A DNA stretch of 49,191 bases from Rhodothermales bacterium (GTDB taxonomy: Bacteria > Bacteroidota > Rhodothermia > Rhodothermales > VXPQ01), in assembly GCA_040904565.1 (NCBI GenBank), contig JBBDTI010000020.1:1-49191 (forward strand). Reading direction: 5' to 3'. A program made the position numbers and the translations under genes. Positions 30,887 to 40,441 of this stretch are shown one piece after another. The notes under the pieces were generated by a model, which saw only the letters and a program-made list of their open reading frames with translations, was not told where the DNA came from and ran no database searches. Position 1 is the stretch's first letter, and every line of letters starts with the position of its first letter.

Positions 30887-31922
30887 CGGATGCCTCGTAC
30901 TCGAGGCGGTCGTTCAGGCAATACGCTCCGGGCCGGCATCGACAGGCCCTTCGCTCTACGGCGCACGCATTCTGTACGAGCTGCGCGAGAAGCATCACAA
31001 ACTGCGGGTCGTCATACGGGATCGGCACGCGGTGGAACGACACGCCCACCGAATCGGCGTCCTCCCGCAGATCCAGATCGAGTTCGACGAGCGTCTCGGA
31101 CTGTTCCTGCATGAAGCTGACGGGGACGACGACGACGCGCTCCGCCTCGACGTGCCTGACGACCTCGCCGATTTCCGGAAGCGTCCATTCTACGTCAGGT
31201 CGATTGTCGTGATTCTGGTATCCGAGCTCATAGTGCTCGACGCCCAGCCTTCGCGCCAGCTCTCTACAGTGATCCCGGACGTACAGGTCGTAGCGATTCC
31301 CCTCTTCCAGGTATTTGAGCGGCGTCCCGTGGGCTGAAAAGACGAGGCGCGTATCGACGCCGCCGAGATCGATCTCGGCCTCTTCGCAGTACATTCTAAC
31401 GGCACGAGTCCGAAGGATGGAATAATCGGGATGCCGATGCCACCCCGTAATCTCCGTCACGTCCGGGTGCCAGTCGAGAGCAGCCAGTGCGTCCTGAAGG
31501 CGCTCCAGCGCCATAATCGTGGTCGACGCCCCGCACAGCGGATACAACGGGAGTCCGACGAGCCGGTCGACCCCGGCGCGACACAGCGTGCGAACGGCAT
31601 CTACGATCGAGGGACCGGTGAACTGCATTCCGACGGCAACCCGCGCTTCGAATCCGCGCCGCCGCAGCGCTACGTCCAGCGCACGAGCCTGTGCCCTCGT
31701 CTGCTCTGCGAGCGGCGACGCCCCCATCCTCCGATAGTCTGCGACCAGCGCGGGGGCCCTTCGCTCGGCCAGCATGCGAGCCCGCCGGCGGCCGGCTTCG
31801 GCGTCGGCGGCATGTTCCAGCCGCATATTGGCGAGAAAGATGGCCTCCAGAAACGGTACGACCTCGTCCAATTCCGGTCGCTCGGGCTCTCCGAAGTTTA
31901 GCAGCAGAATTCCTGTCGTCAT
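30873..31922 (-). CDS. hemH: Ferrochelatase with C-terminal Cys cluster
   Basis: GILLLNFGEP, SPL, PLYP, FSAHGTP, YQN, W.LP, PVSF..EQSETL.ELD. Confidence 0.92.
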   Translation of the reverse strand: MTTGILLLNFGEPERPELDEVVPFLEAIFLANMRLEHAADAEAGRRRARMLAERRAPALVADYRRMGASPLAEQTRAQARALDVALRRRGFEARVAVGMQFTGPSIVDAVRTLCRAGVDRLVGLPLYPLCGASTTIMALERLQDALAALDWHPDVTEITGWHRHPDYSILRTRAVRMYCEEAEIDLGGVDTRLVFSAHGTPLKYLEEGNRYDLYVRDHCRELARRLGVEHYELGYQNHDNRPDVEWTLPEIGEVVRHVEAERVVVVPVSFMQEQSETLVELDLDLREDADSVGVSFHRVPIPYDDPQFVMLLAQLVQNACAVERRACRCRPGAYCLNDRLEYEASVSSS

Positions 31923-32076
31923 GCCGTCAACATACGGCACCGGACAGCAGATGAAAAAGGGGAAGCGACGGGGAAACGCGCACGGCTCGATCAGACGCGG
32001 GCTACGTACCGTTGGAGATTAACTCGACACACCGATTATATAATTTGTGTGAAGCCCCGATACTAGTTACACACGC

Positions 32077-32346
32077 ATGACTCACCACAAGCGATCAACG
32101 CCCATGCGCAACGCCTTCAGCAAAGAGCCCCTTCTGGATCTCCTGTCGCTCGCGGTCGAGCGACAGGTCATCGACGAGTGGACCGTCGCAGACCGCTATT
32201 TCGTGTTTCAGAGCGGCCCCTCGCGTTTCCACGTCCATCCTTCCGTCGTCGGCGAATTCCTCCAGAAACTCCTCGGTACGGATCGGAATGTCGCGACGAC
32301 CTCGAGGTTGTCGGACGCACCATCGAACCATCGTAAGGTAGCCTGA
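32077..32346 (+). CDS. Small hypothetical protein
   Basis: 89-aa ORF after an AT-rich promoter-like patch, filling the hemH-kinase gap; no recognisable motif. Confidence 0.5.
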   Translation: MTHHKRSTPMRNAFSKEPLLDLLSLAVERQVIDEWTVADRYFVFQSGPSRFHVHPSVVGEFLQKLLGTDRNVATTSRLSDAPSNHRKVA

Positions 32347-32439
32347 TGGGAGCCTGAGACCCAAACGCTACCCCTGACGCCGGCTTGTTCGGCAGGTCGT
32401 TTGCAGATATCTTGCTGTGAACAACCTGTCGCACCCGTC

Positions 32440-35400
32440 ATGATCGGTTCGGTCGTCTCCCATTATCACATCGTCGATGAGCTCGGGCGGGGCGGAATGG
32501 GCGTGGTATACCTGGCCGAGGATACCCGTCTCAGACGAACCGTCGCCCTGAAGTTCCTCGCCGATCACGGCGTCGCCGCCGAACAGGCTCGCGAGCGATT
32601 TATGACGGAGGCGCGGGCCGCCGCGGCCCTTAACCATACTAATATTGCCACGCTCTTTGATGTCGTCGAGGACGGTGACGCGCTGTTTATAGCGATGGAA
32701 TACGTCCATGGCAACGATCTGGGCGAACTCATCCACCGGCAGGAGCTTACCCCCGATCAGGCGATCGACTATGCCATTCAGATCGCGCGGGGGTTGGATC
32801 GCGCGCACGAAGCGGGAATCATCCACCGTGACATAAAGCCCGCCAATATCGCCGTCACGGTTCGGGGCGAGATAAAAATACTGGACTTCGGGCTTGCGAA
32901 GCTTACTGGAGCGATAAGCACCTCGCAGCCGGGCACGATGGTAGGCACGCCGGTTTATTCGAGTCCGGAGCAGATCGCGGGGGGAGAGATCGATGGTCGA
33001 TCTGACCTGTGGTCGCTCGGCGTGGTACTGTACGAGATGCTCACCTTCGAAAAACCCTTTAGCGGCGCGTACCGGGAAGCGGCATATTATGCTATTCTCA
33101 ACGTCGACCCCCCTAGCATCTCTTCGATCCGACCGGAGCTCGGAACGGCATTTGACGGCGTTGTTGGACGACTGCTGAACCGGGATCTCGCGCAGCGATA
33201 TCCCCGTGCAGGCGTTCTCATCGAGGACCTGGAGCAACTACGCGCCCCTGCTTCGTCCCCGTCCGCACCGGTATCTTCATCCGCGTCTCCTATCCCTTTC
33301 CCGCCCGGCCGCACGCCCTCTTCCGTGCGTGAAGAGCGCCGTCAGCTTACCGTAGTCTACGGAGAAATCGCGGGGTTCGGCGATCTGCTCCATGCCATGG
33401 ACCCGGAGGACGTGCTCGAACTGACTGACGTCTATCGATCCCTCTGGCAATCGCAGGTCGACCAGTTCGACGCGCTCCCCGGATCGACCACGCAGGGCGC
33501 CTATTATGCTTACTTCGGATATCCCACGGCGACGGAAAACGACGCGAGCCGGGCCATTCGCTTCGGCCTGGCCTTCAATAATTTGGTGGCCGGACTCAGG
33601 AAACAGGGACCCGATAACGCTACCCCCCCGGTACGCATCGGCATTCATACGGGAACGGCTATCGTAGGAGAAGACGGCGGAACGTATCAGGTGCATGGAA
33701 GCATCGGTCACGTTGCGGCGAGAATCACCCAAGTCGGTTCATCGGGCTGCGTCGTTGTCGGCGCAACTACCTCCCGCCTCGTTCAGGGCGACTTCGAGCT
33801 CGAACCGCTCGGTGCCGGTGCGGTTCAAGGCTTTTCGGAGCCGGTCGAGATCTTCAAGGTCGTTCGGGAGACCGGAGGACACTCCCGCCTCGATTTTGTC
33901 GATGCCGCCGACCTCTCCCCTCTCGTAGGCCGGGATACCGAGATGGCGATGCTCCGACAGCGCTGGAAACAGGCACAGTCAGGTCAGGGCTCCGTCGTCC
34001 TCATCGCCGGTGAAGCAGGGCTCGGAAAGTCACGTCTGGTAGACACCTTCGTCCGAGACGTTGCGACCGACCGTCGCGCATGGCACACTATCCTATACTG
34101 TTCGTCCTTCGAATCAAGTAGTGCGCTTCATCCCCTCACCGCACACCTCAAATACCACGTCCGTCCACCCGGCTACGGCGAGGATGAAGAGGATATGGAA
34201 GCGACCCGATTCGATCGGCTTCGTCGGTATCTGTCCGGTACCGGACTCTCGGACGATGCTGATACGGCGCTTCTGGCGGACCTGCTGAACATCCCGATCC
34301 CGGACGGTCGGCAGCCTCCAGCGCTCGCGGCGGCGGAACGGCAGCGTCGCACGATGATCGCGCTCTTCCACCTCCTGACCGCCCGTTGCCGCGACACGGC
34401 GGGCATGATCGTCATGGAGGATCTTCACTGGGCCGATCCATCGACGCTGGAATGGATGGAAATGCTGGCTGCGCAGACACCCGCCCGACCCCTCCTCGTG
34501 ATTTGCACGTCCCGCTCGCAGTTTCGCCCCGGATGGCACGGCAAGCCCCGAACGGTCGAAATTACGCTGAATCGGCTCGATCCTGAAGATCTGGTCACGA
34601 TCTCCGAGCACAAGAGCCGCAAGAAACTGCCCCGGGAAATTCTGGATCAAATTATCGAAAAAACGGACGGCATCCCCCTGTTCACGGAGGAGCTGACCCA
34701 GATGATTCTCGAGTCGGATATCTTGATGGACCGCGGCGAATACTTCGAGCTAACCGGACCGATACCGCATCATGCGATTCCGTCCACCCTCCAGGGCTCC
34801 CTCGTGGCACGCCTCGACCGGCTTCCCGCTGAAAAATCCATCGCTCAAATCGGCGCCGTGCTGGGTAGAGAGTTTTCCTTCGAGATGCTGCGGACGGTAT
34901 CCGGCGAGGACGAAGACGTCCTCGCCCGAGCGATCGAGCGGCTGGTCGAGGCAGAATTGATCTATCAGCGCGGGTTCATTCCAGATGCCAGCTTCATATT
35001 CAAGCACGCGCTCATTCAGGATGCTGCCTACCAGACGCTGGTTCGAAAGCGAAAGAAGGCCCTTCACGGAAAGGTGGCTCGCGCCCTGGAAGACGTGCCG
35101 ACCGAATCCCATCCGGAGCTCATCGCATACCATTACACCCAGGCCGATCAAGCCGCCCGAGCCATCCCATACTGGCTCCAGGCCGGGCAGCGTGCCATGG
35201 CGCGCTATGAAAATATGGAAGCCGTCCAGCACCTGTCTGAAGGACACCGTCTCGTGGCCTCGCTGCCTCCAGGAAGCGAGCGCGACCTGACGGAGCTCAG
35301 CCTGCTGGTTCCGCTTGGCCACGCCCTCAACATGACGAAAGGCTGGTGGGCACCGGAAGGCGAGGCCATTTTTTCCCGTGCGGCCGAGCTCTGCCAGGTC

Positions 35401-36447
35401 ATCGACGAAGTGGAGCCGCGCGTGCTGACCTTGTTGGGACTCGGATCGACGTCGATGATTCGCGGCGATTATGGAAACGCACGCGACGCCGCGCTCAAGT
35501 TACTTGAGGCGGTTCGAGGCACGGAAATGGAAGACCTGTCGGTCGTCGGTGACGCCCTGCTTAGCGCTTATTACTTATTCCGTGGGGAGTTTGAGGCGTC
35601 TATCGCTCACGCCGACGACGTCGTACGCACCTACGATCCGGTTCGGCACGACCCCCTTCGAAAGTTCGGCTCCGGGTCCCTGCACAACAGCTGCCGCCTG
35701 TACAAACTGCTCGCTACGCAGCTGATGGGGTACCCCGAGCAGGCTTGCGTACAGGCCGCCGAAATGCTCGACGTAGTGAAGGCGGGCGATTACCACTTCG
35801 ACCTGTACATGGCCTATCTGTATCGTGGACTTACCCTTTTGACGGGGCGGTCGTGGGAGGCGTGTCGAGACACCATGGAAGAATACCTGAACGTCGGCCG
35901 GGAGTATGGCGACCCGTTCCCTATACTGATCACGACGATCGTGCACCACCTCGCCCTGCGGGACGAAGCCGACGAAATCACGTTTCGTAGTGCCAAACCG
36001 ATGCTGGATCAGCTGCAGGGCGCCGGCTATGGGTTGGGGTGTTCGCTTCTTCTAGGCGAATATGCGGCTGGACTCCTACATTATGGGCAGGTAGACGGTG
36101 CCCGGTCGGCACTTGACGAAGCGTTCCGGCACATAAAACGGGTCGGGGCGGAAATCTGGGAAGCCGAGCTGCATCGCCTGAAGGGCGATATCCTGCTCGA
36201 AACCGACCACCCGGCGGATGAGATCGAAGCCTCTTACCAGCACGCGCTTCAGATTGCCAGAAGACAGGGAGCCAGGCTACTGGAGCTGCGATCGGCAACA
36301 AGCCTTGCCCGATTTCGGACCGGTCAGCAGCGCAGCGAAGAGGCGCACGACGTGCTGGCCGGCATCTATCACGAATTCACGGAGGGATTCGATGAAGTGG
36401 ACCTGCGAGAGGCGAGAAACCAACTTGACGCTTTTCTCATGTCGTAG
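32440..36447 (+). CDS. Ser/Thr kinase fused to a class III cyclase-like domain, STAND/AAA_16 ATPase and TPR-like tail
   Basis: GRGGMGVVY, VALK, HRDIKPAN, DFG; RRQLTVV..YFGYP..RIGIHTG; GEAGLGKS, EDLHWAD, FKHALIQDAAY; ELRSATSLAR. ATG 32440. Confidence 0.92.
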   Translation: MIGSVVSHYHIVDELGRGGMGVVYLAEDTRLRRTVALKFLADHGVAAEQARERFMTEARAAAALNHTNIATLFDVVEDGDALFIAMEYVHGNDLGELIHRQELTPDQAIDYAIQIARGLDRAHEAGIIHRDIKPANIAVTVRGEIKILDFGLAKLTGAISTSQPGTMVGTPVYSSPEQIAGGEIDGRSDLWSLGVVLYEMLTFEKPFSGAYREAAYYAILNVDPPSISSIRPELGTAFDGVVGRLLNRDLAQRYPRAGVLIEDLEQLRAPASSPSAPVSSSASPIPFPPGRTPSSVREERRQLTVVYGEIAGFGDLLHAMDPEDVLELTDVYRSLWQSQVDQFDALPGSTTQGAYYAYFGYPTATENDASRAIRFGLAFNNLVAGLRKQGPDNATPPVRIGIHTGTAIVGEDGGTYQVHGSIGHVAARITQVGSSGCVVVGATTSRLVQGDFELEPLGAGAVQGFSEPVEIFKVVRETGGHSRLDFVDAADLSPLVGRDTEMAMLRQRWKQAQSGQGSVVLIAGEAGLGKSRLVDTFVRDVATDRRAWHTILYCSSFESSSALHPLTAHLKYHVRPPGYGEDEEDMEATRFDRLRRYLSGTGLSDDADTALLADLLNIPIPDGRQPPALAAAERQRRTMIALFHLLTARCRDTAGMIVMEDLHWADPSTLEWMEMLAAQTPARPLLVICTSRSQFRPGWHGKPRTVEITLNRLDPEDLVTISEHKSRKKLPREILDQIIEKTDGIPLFTEELTQMILESDILMDRGEYFELTGPIPHHAIPSTLQGSLVARLDRLPAEKSIAQIGAVLGREFSFEMLRTVSGEDEDVLARAIERLVEAELIYQRGFIPDASFIFKHALIQDAAYQTLVRKRKKALHGKVARALEDVPTESHPELIAYHYTQADQAARAIPYWLQAGQRAMARYENMEAVQHLSEGHRLVASLPPGSERDLTELSLLVPLGHALNMTKGWWAPEGEAIFSRAAELCQVIDEVEPRVLTLLGLGSTSMIRGDYGNARDAALKLLEAVRGTEMEDLSVVGDALLSAYYLFRGEFEASIAHADDVVRTYDPVRHDPLRKFGSGSLHNSCRLYKLLATQLMGYPEQACVQAAEMLDVVKAGDYHFDLYMAYLYRGLTLLTGRSWEACRDTMEEYLNVGREYGDPFPILITTIVHHLALRDEADEITFRSAKPMLDQLQGAGYGLGCSLLLGEYAAGLLHYGQVDGARSALDEAFRHIKRVGAEIWEAELHRLKGDILLETDHPADEIEASYQHALQIARRQGARLLELRSATSLARFRTGQQRSEEAHDVLAGIYHEFTEGFDEVDLREARNQLDAFLMS

Positions 36448-36566
36448 CGGATGGATTGGAGTTGTCCCGCTTTCGTAAACGGTCGATGGATTCGGCTTCG
36501 AGTCCATCAATCTTCCTGCGGGTCGATCCAAGCCATCACGCACCTGACCCACTATGAGACGAACCG

Positions 36567-36998
36567 ATGGGTACGCTAAAGAACCTCGTGCAGAAGATCG
36601 TTTTCATCTTTCTGCCCAGCGAGCAAAAGGAAGTAATCGTGACGCTGCAGGACTATGCGGAGTCGTTCATGGCGTTCGAGCCTGAAGGGGTTCTGGGGTA
36701 TTTCGACCTCCCCATGACGTTTCTATCCGACGACGGCACCGTCATCTTCACCAGCCGACAGGAGATTGCGACGTACGTATCCGGGTTGATGCACGATCTG
36801 AAGGAGGCGGAGTATGCCAGGGATAAGCTCTCGAAATTCCGTATCAACGCCCTGTCCCCCAACGTAGCCGTTACCTCGTTCCACCTCGTTCGTGTGAACA
36901 GGTCCGGCGAATCGATCGGTCGGTTTCGCGCCGCCTATACCTGGCGGAAGTCCGACGGCGCCTGGAAGCTCGTCATCGCCGTCCTCATGACCAGGTAG
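36567..36998 (+). CDS. NTF2/SnoaL-like fold protein
   Basis: Y.ESF...YF..P pattern and C-terminal Y.WRKSDGAWKLV strand typical of NTF2-like folds. Confidence 0.7.
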   Translation: MGTLKNLVQKIVFIFLPSEQKEVIVTLQDYAESFMAFEPEGVLGYFDLPMTFLSDDGTVIFTSRQEIATYVSGLMHDLKEAEYARDKLSKFRINALSPNVAVTSFHLVRVNRSGESIGRFRAAYTWRKSDGAWKLVIAVLMTR

Positions 36999-37075
36999 GT
37001 GCCTACCTTCTGCCCGCTCGTCGACGATATCGGCGGTCCCCGACAACGTATCCTACCATCCGGCGCAGGCCGACC

Positions 37076-39016
37076 ATGACGAATCCACGACGCCTACTCC
37101 TGCTCGGAGTATTGCTCCTGCTACTTCCCCTCCTCGCCGGCCATCTATTTTTTTATTTCTTCGTAACGCGATCGATCCTGCTTCCTCCGTACGAATCCGT
37201 GGACGTTCGGTACCAATCCGAGCAGGGTTGGACGGACGATGAGAGACAGTGGTTCTACCATGAAACGCAGGGGGGAGCGTTTGAGCTGATCGTCGAATAC
37301 GACTGGTTGATGGCACTCGAACAGCCGACGCTTCCGCCGCTGTTCCTGGGACCCGTACCTCGTCTGATGGACGAATCCTATATCACCCGGTTCGGATTCT
37401 TACCAAACCCGAAAACGCACTACGATCCGGCCGGCATCGATATCGATCGCGTACGCGAACCGGCGTACGCGATCGCGCAGGGCGGCGTCGAATCCACGCT
37501 GATCAACAACCCCGACCGACTGCCGGTCGGATTCGCGCGCGACTCTACGTACGTCCTCCCCACCACGGGGGAACGGCTCGACGTGATCGGATTCACCTGC
37601 GCCGCGTGTCACGTTGGACAGGTCAACTTTCAGGGTACCGGGATACGGATCGACGGCGGACCGGCCATGACGAACCTGACGAAGTTTCAACTGGCCGTCG
37701 GTTACGCGCTCGCCCTGACGTATTACGTGCCGACGCGCTTCGATCGGTTCGCCACCGCCGTTCTGGATCCGCATCACTCGGCCGCCGCACGCACGGGTCT
37801 GCGCGTCAAGCTCAAGGCGCTGATCGAGGAAGGCGAGACCCTCCAGAAAGCCGTCGAGAGCCGGCACATCTATTCCACACGCGACGGATTCGGTCGACTC
37901 GATGCACTCGGACGTATCGGCAACTTTGTGTTTGCCGAGGAGCTCGACGATCGAAATTTGTCGCTCTCAAACGCGCCCGTGAGCTTTCCGCCCATCTGGG
38001 ACACGCCCTGGTTCGAGTGGGTGCAGTACAACGGATCCATCATGCGCCCGATGATCCGCAACGCGGGAGAGGCGATGGGCGTCTTCGCCCGCGTCAACTT
38101 TCAAGACCTGGACGATCCGGCACGGCTCTTCTCCTCCACCGTCAAGTTCCTCAATCTCTTCGAGATGGAATCCCTGATTCGCGGCGATGCACCGTTCGAG
38201 GGACTCCGTGCTCCCGTCTGGCCCGAAGACGTGCTTCCGCCTGTAGATCGAGCGAAGGCGGCACGCGGCGCCCGGCTATACGAGCAACATTGCCAGCCGT
38301 GTCACCTTCCCGCCCCAACACCGTCGTCTCCGCTCTTCACCGACGATAGATATTGGACGCCGGAGGACGCCTACGGCAACCGCTACCTTAAGCTGAACAT
38401 GAAGAACATCTACCAGATCGGTACCGACTCGCTCCAGGCGTCCAACTTCGCCCGACGCATCGTCGAAGTCGGGACGCTGGGCGAGAAGTTCAGAGATCAG
38501 CTCAGCGAGGGCGGCGGGGGCCTCTTGATGGCCGGGGAAGCCCTCCCCTTCCTCGTTCAGAATACGATCGAAAAAGGGTATGAGGACCTCGGGATTACCC
38601 CGGCCGACTCGTCGCTCCGCGATACGCTCAACGGGCTTCGTCCGAACAGCATACGCGCCCCGCTCGCCTATAAGGCGCGCCCGCTCGATGGCGTGTGGGC
38701 CACGGCCCCGTACCTGCACAACGGATCGGTCCCGACACTCTACCAGCTGCTCGGCCCCTGGGAAGAGCGCGACCGGACATTCTTTGTCGGAAGCAGGGAA
38801 TTCGACCCGCTTCACGTCGGACTGCAAACGACCGGCAGCAAGGGGGCCTTCAAGTTGGATACCACCCTCCCGGGCAATTCGAACCGAGGGCATCAGTTCG
38901 AAGGCGACTTCGACCCGGACACGGTCGATTGGTGGGGCCTCGATGAGGGCATCATCGGACCGACACTTGCCGACGACGACCGCTGGGCCATCATCGAGTT
39001 CCTCAAAACGCTGTAG
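37076..39016 (+). CDS. Membrane-anchored RoxA-like / di-heme cytochrome c peroxidase-like protein
   Basis: N-terminal TM; QGW..ERQWFYHETQG; CAACH and CQPCH; YKARPLDGVWATAPYLHNGSVPTL; GNSNRGH; IEFLKTL. Confidence 0.85.
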   Translation: MTNPRRLLLLGVLLLLLPLLAGHLFFYFFVTRSILLPPYESVDVRYQSEQGWTDDERQWFYHETQGGAFELIVEYDWLMALEQPTLPPLFLGPVPRLMDESYITRFGFLPNPKTHYDPAGIDIDRVREPAYAIAQGGVESTLINNPDRLPVGFARDSTYVLPTTGERLDVIGFTCAACHVGQVNFQGTGIRIDGGPAMTNLTKFQLAVGYALALTYYVPTRFDRFATAVLDPHHSAAARTGLRVKLKALIEEGETLQKAVESRHIYSTRDGFGRLDALGRIGNFVFAEELDDRNLSLSNAPVSFPPIWDTPWFEWVQYNGSIMRPMIRNAGEAMGVFARVNFQDLDDPARLFSSTVKFLNLFEMESLIRGDAPFEGLRAPVWPEDVLPPVDRAKAARGARLYEQHCQPCHLPAPTPSSPLFTDDRYWTPEDAYGNRYLKLNMKNIYQIGTDSLQASNFARRIVEVGTLGEKFRDQLSEGGGGLLMAGEALPFLVQNTIEKGYEDLGITPADSSLRDTLNGLRPNSIRAPLAYKARPLDGVWATAPYLHNGSVPTLYQLLGPWEERDRTFFVGSREFDPLHVGLQTTGSKGAFKLDTTLPGNSNRGHQFEGDFDPDTVDWWGLDEGIIGPTLADDDRWAIIEFLKTL

Positions 39017-39117
39017 TGCCTCCGTTCCGTTCATTGCCTGCACCGCACGCAACGCGTCACCGTCCGTCTCCAACTGATCCGCCGCACCTTCTCGGCCCTT
39101 TCATCACGGAACGACCC

Positions 39118-40425
39118 ATGAGCACCGCTTCCACCGTTTCGCCGTCAGATCCATCCCACTCGACCCTCGACCCGGACTGGCCGCCGGCTCCGCCTCCGAA
39201 GGGACGCGCCGCACGGATCCTGCAGTATCTCATCGAGAAGCGCATCGATACCCTTTACTTCGTCCTGCGCGCCGTGAAACCCATTCTGGGACTTCCTAAG
39301 GGAGGGCCGGTCTTCGTCACGCGATTCAAGGACGTCCAGGAAGTATTGCAGCGGCCGGAGATCTTCGGGGTCATGTACGCGCCCATGATCGACAAGTCGG
39401 TCGGCAAGTTTATGCTCGCCCACGACGCCTCGGTCTACAATCAGCGCGACAAGGGGCTGATGCGCAGCCTGATCCAGCAATCCGACCTGCCGGCTATTCG
39501 TACGAGCGTCGCACGAATCGCTGACCGATGCATCGACGACGGGACCCGCCCCGACGGCACGCTGGAGGTCGTCTCCCAGCTTTCGCGGAGGGCGCCCATC
39601 CTTCTTACGGGCGAGTACTTCGGCTTTCCAGGTCCGGACCTCGAATCCATGTTCCGGTGGTCGCGGGCCACCCAATACGACATGTTCCACAACCAGAACA
39701 TGTCGGGGAAAGTCCACGACGACAACTTGAAGGCGGGGCGGGAAATGCGTGCGTATCTATCGGACGAGCTGCTGCCGCAGCGCAGAGCGGAGCTCGCCCA
39801 GGACCCGTCCCTCGACGACGTGGTGTCGCGACTGCTCAAGTTGGAACTACCTGAGAGCGTGGGCTTCGGGGAGGAGCAGATATTGCCAAACATCATGGGG
39901 CTGCTCGTCGGCGGTGTGGAAACGACCTCTCAGGCCGTCGTCCAGATTCTCGACCAGCTGTTCCGGCGACCCAAGGCGCTCGAAGGTGCCCGGCGGGCGG
40001 CACGCCACGACGACGACCGCCGCGTATTCAGATACTGCTGGGAGGCGCTTCGCTTCAATCCTATCAATCCGTTCGTGATGCGGCAGTGCAACCAGGATTA
40101 CCTCGTCGCGGCCGGGACCTTCCGCAACAAGAAGATCAGACAAGGCCGCGTCGTACTTGTCGGGACGCGCTCGGCCATGAAGGACGGTCGCGAGCTACCA
40201 CGTCCGCATACATTCAGCGTCGACCGGCCCGACTACCACTACATGCACCTCGGATACGGATCCCACCGCTGCCTGGGGGATCAGGTGAGCAAAGTACAGG
40301 TCCCCCAGATTGTCAAGACATTGCTCTTGAAGGAAAACCTCCGTCGTGCACCGGGCGCGGCTGGACGCATCGATTATGGGGACGGACCGTTTCCGGAGCG
40401 GTTCACGGTCACTTTCGATCGCTGA
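39118..40425 (+). CDS. Cytochrome P450
   Basis: I-helix GGVETTS, K-helix EALR, heme ligand HLGYGSHRCLG. ATG 39118 preferred over GTG 39016. Confidence 0.93.
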   Translation: MSTASTVSPSDPSHSTLDPDWPPAPPPKGRAARILQYLIEKRIDTLYFVLRAVKPILGLPKGGPVFVTRFKDVQEVLQRPEIFGVMYAPMIDKSVGKFMLAHDASVYNQRDKGLMRSLIQQSDLPAIRTSVARIADRCIDDGTRPDGTLEVVSQLSRRAPILLTGEYFGFPGPDLESMFRWSRATQYDMFHNQNMSGKVHDDNLKAGREMRAYLSDELLPQRRAELAQDPSLDDVVSRLLKLELPESVGFGEEQILPNIMGLLVGGVETTSQAVVQILDQLFRRPKALEGARRAARHDDDRRVFRYCWEALRFNPINPFVMRQCNQDYLVAAGTFRNKKIRQGRVVLVGTRSAMKDGRELPRPHTFSVDRPDYHYMHLGYGSHRCLGDQVSKVQVPQIVKTLLLKENLRRAPGAAGRIDYGDGPFPERFTVTFDR

Positions 40426-40441
40426 AAGAGGACGAATTACG

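Noticed and set aside
39118-40425. CYP74 / allene oxide synthase assignment
   Set aside because: The I-helix Thr is present and the heme loop lacks the CYP74 insertion.
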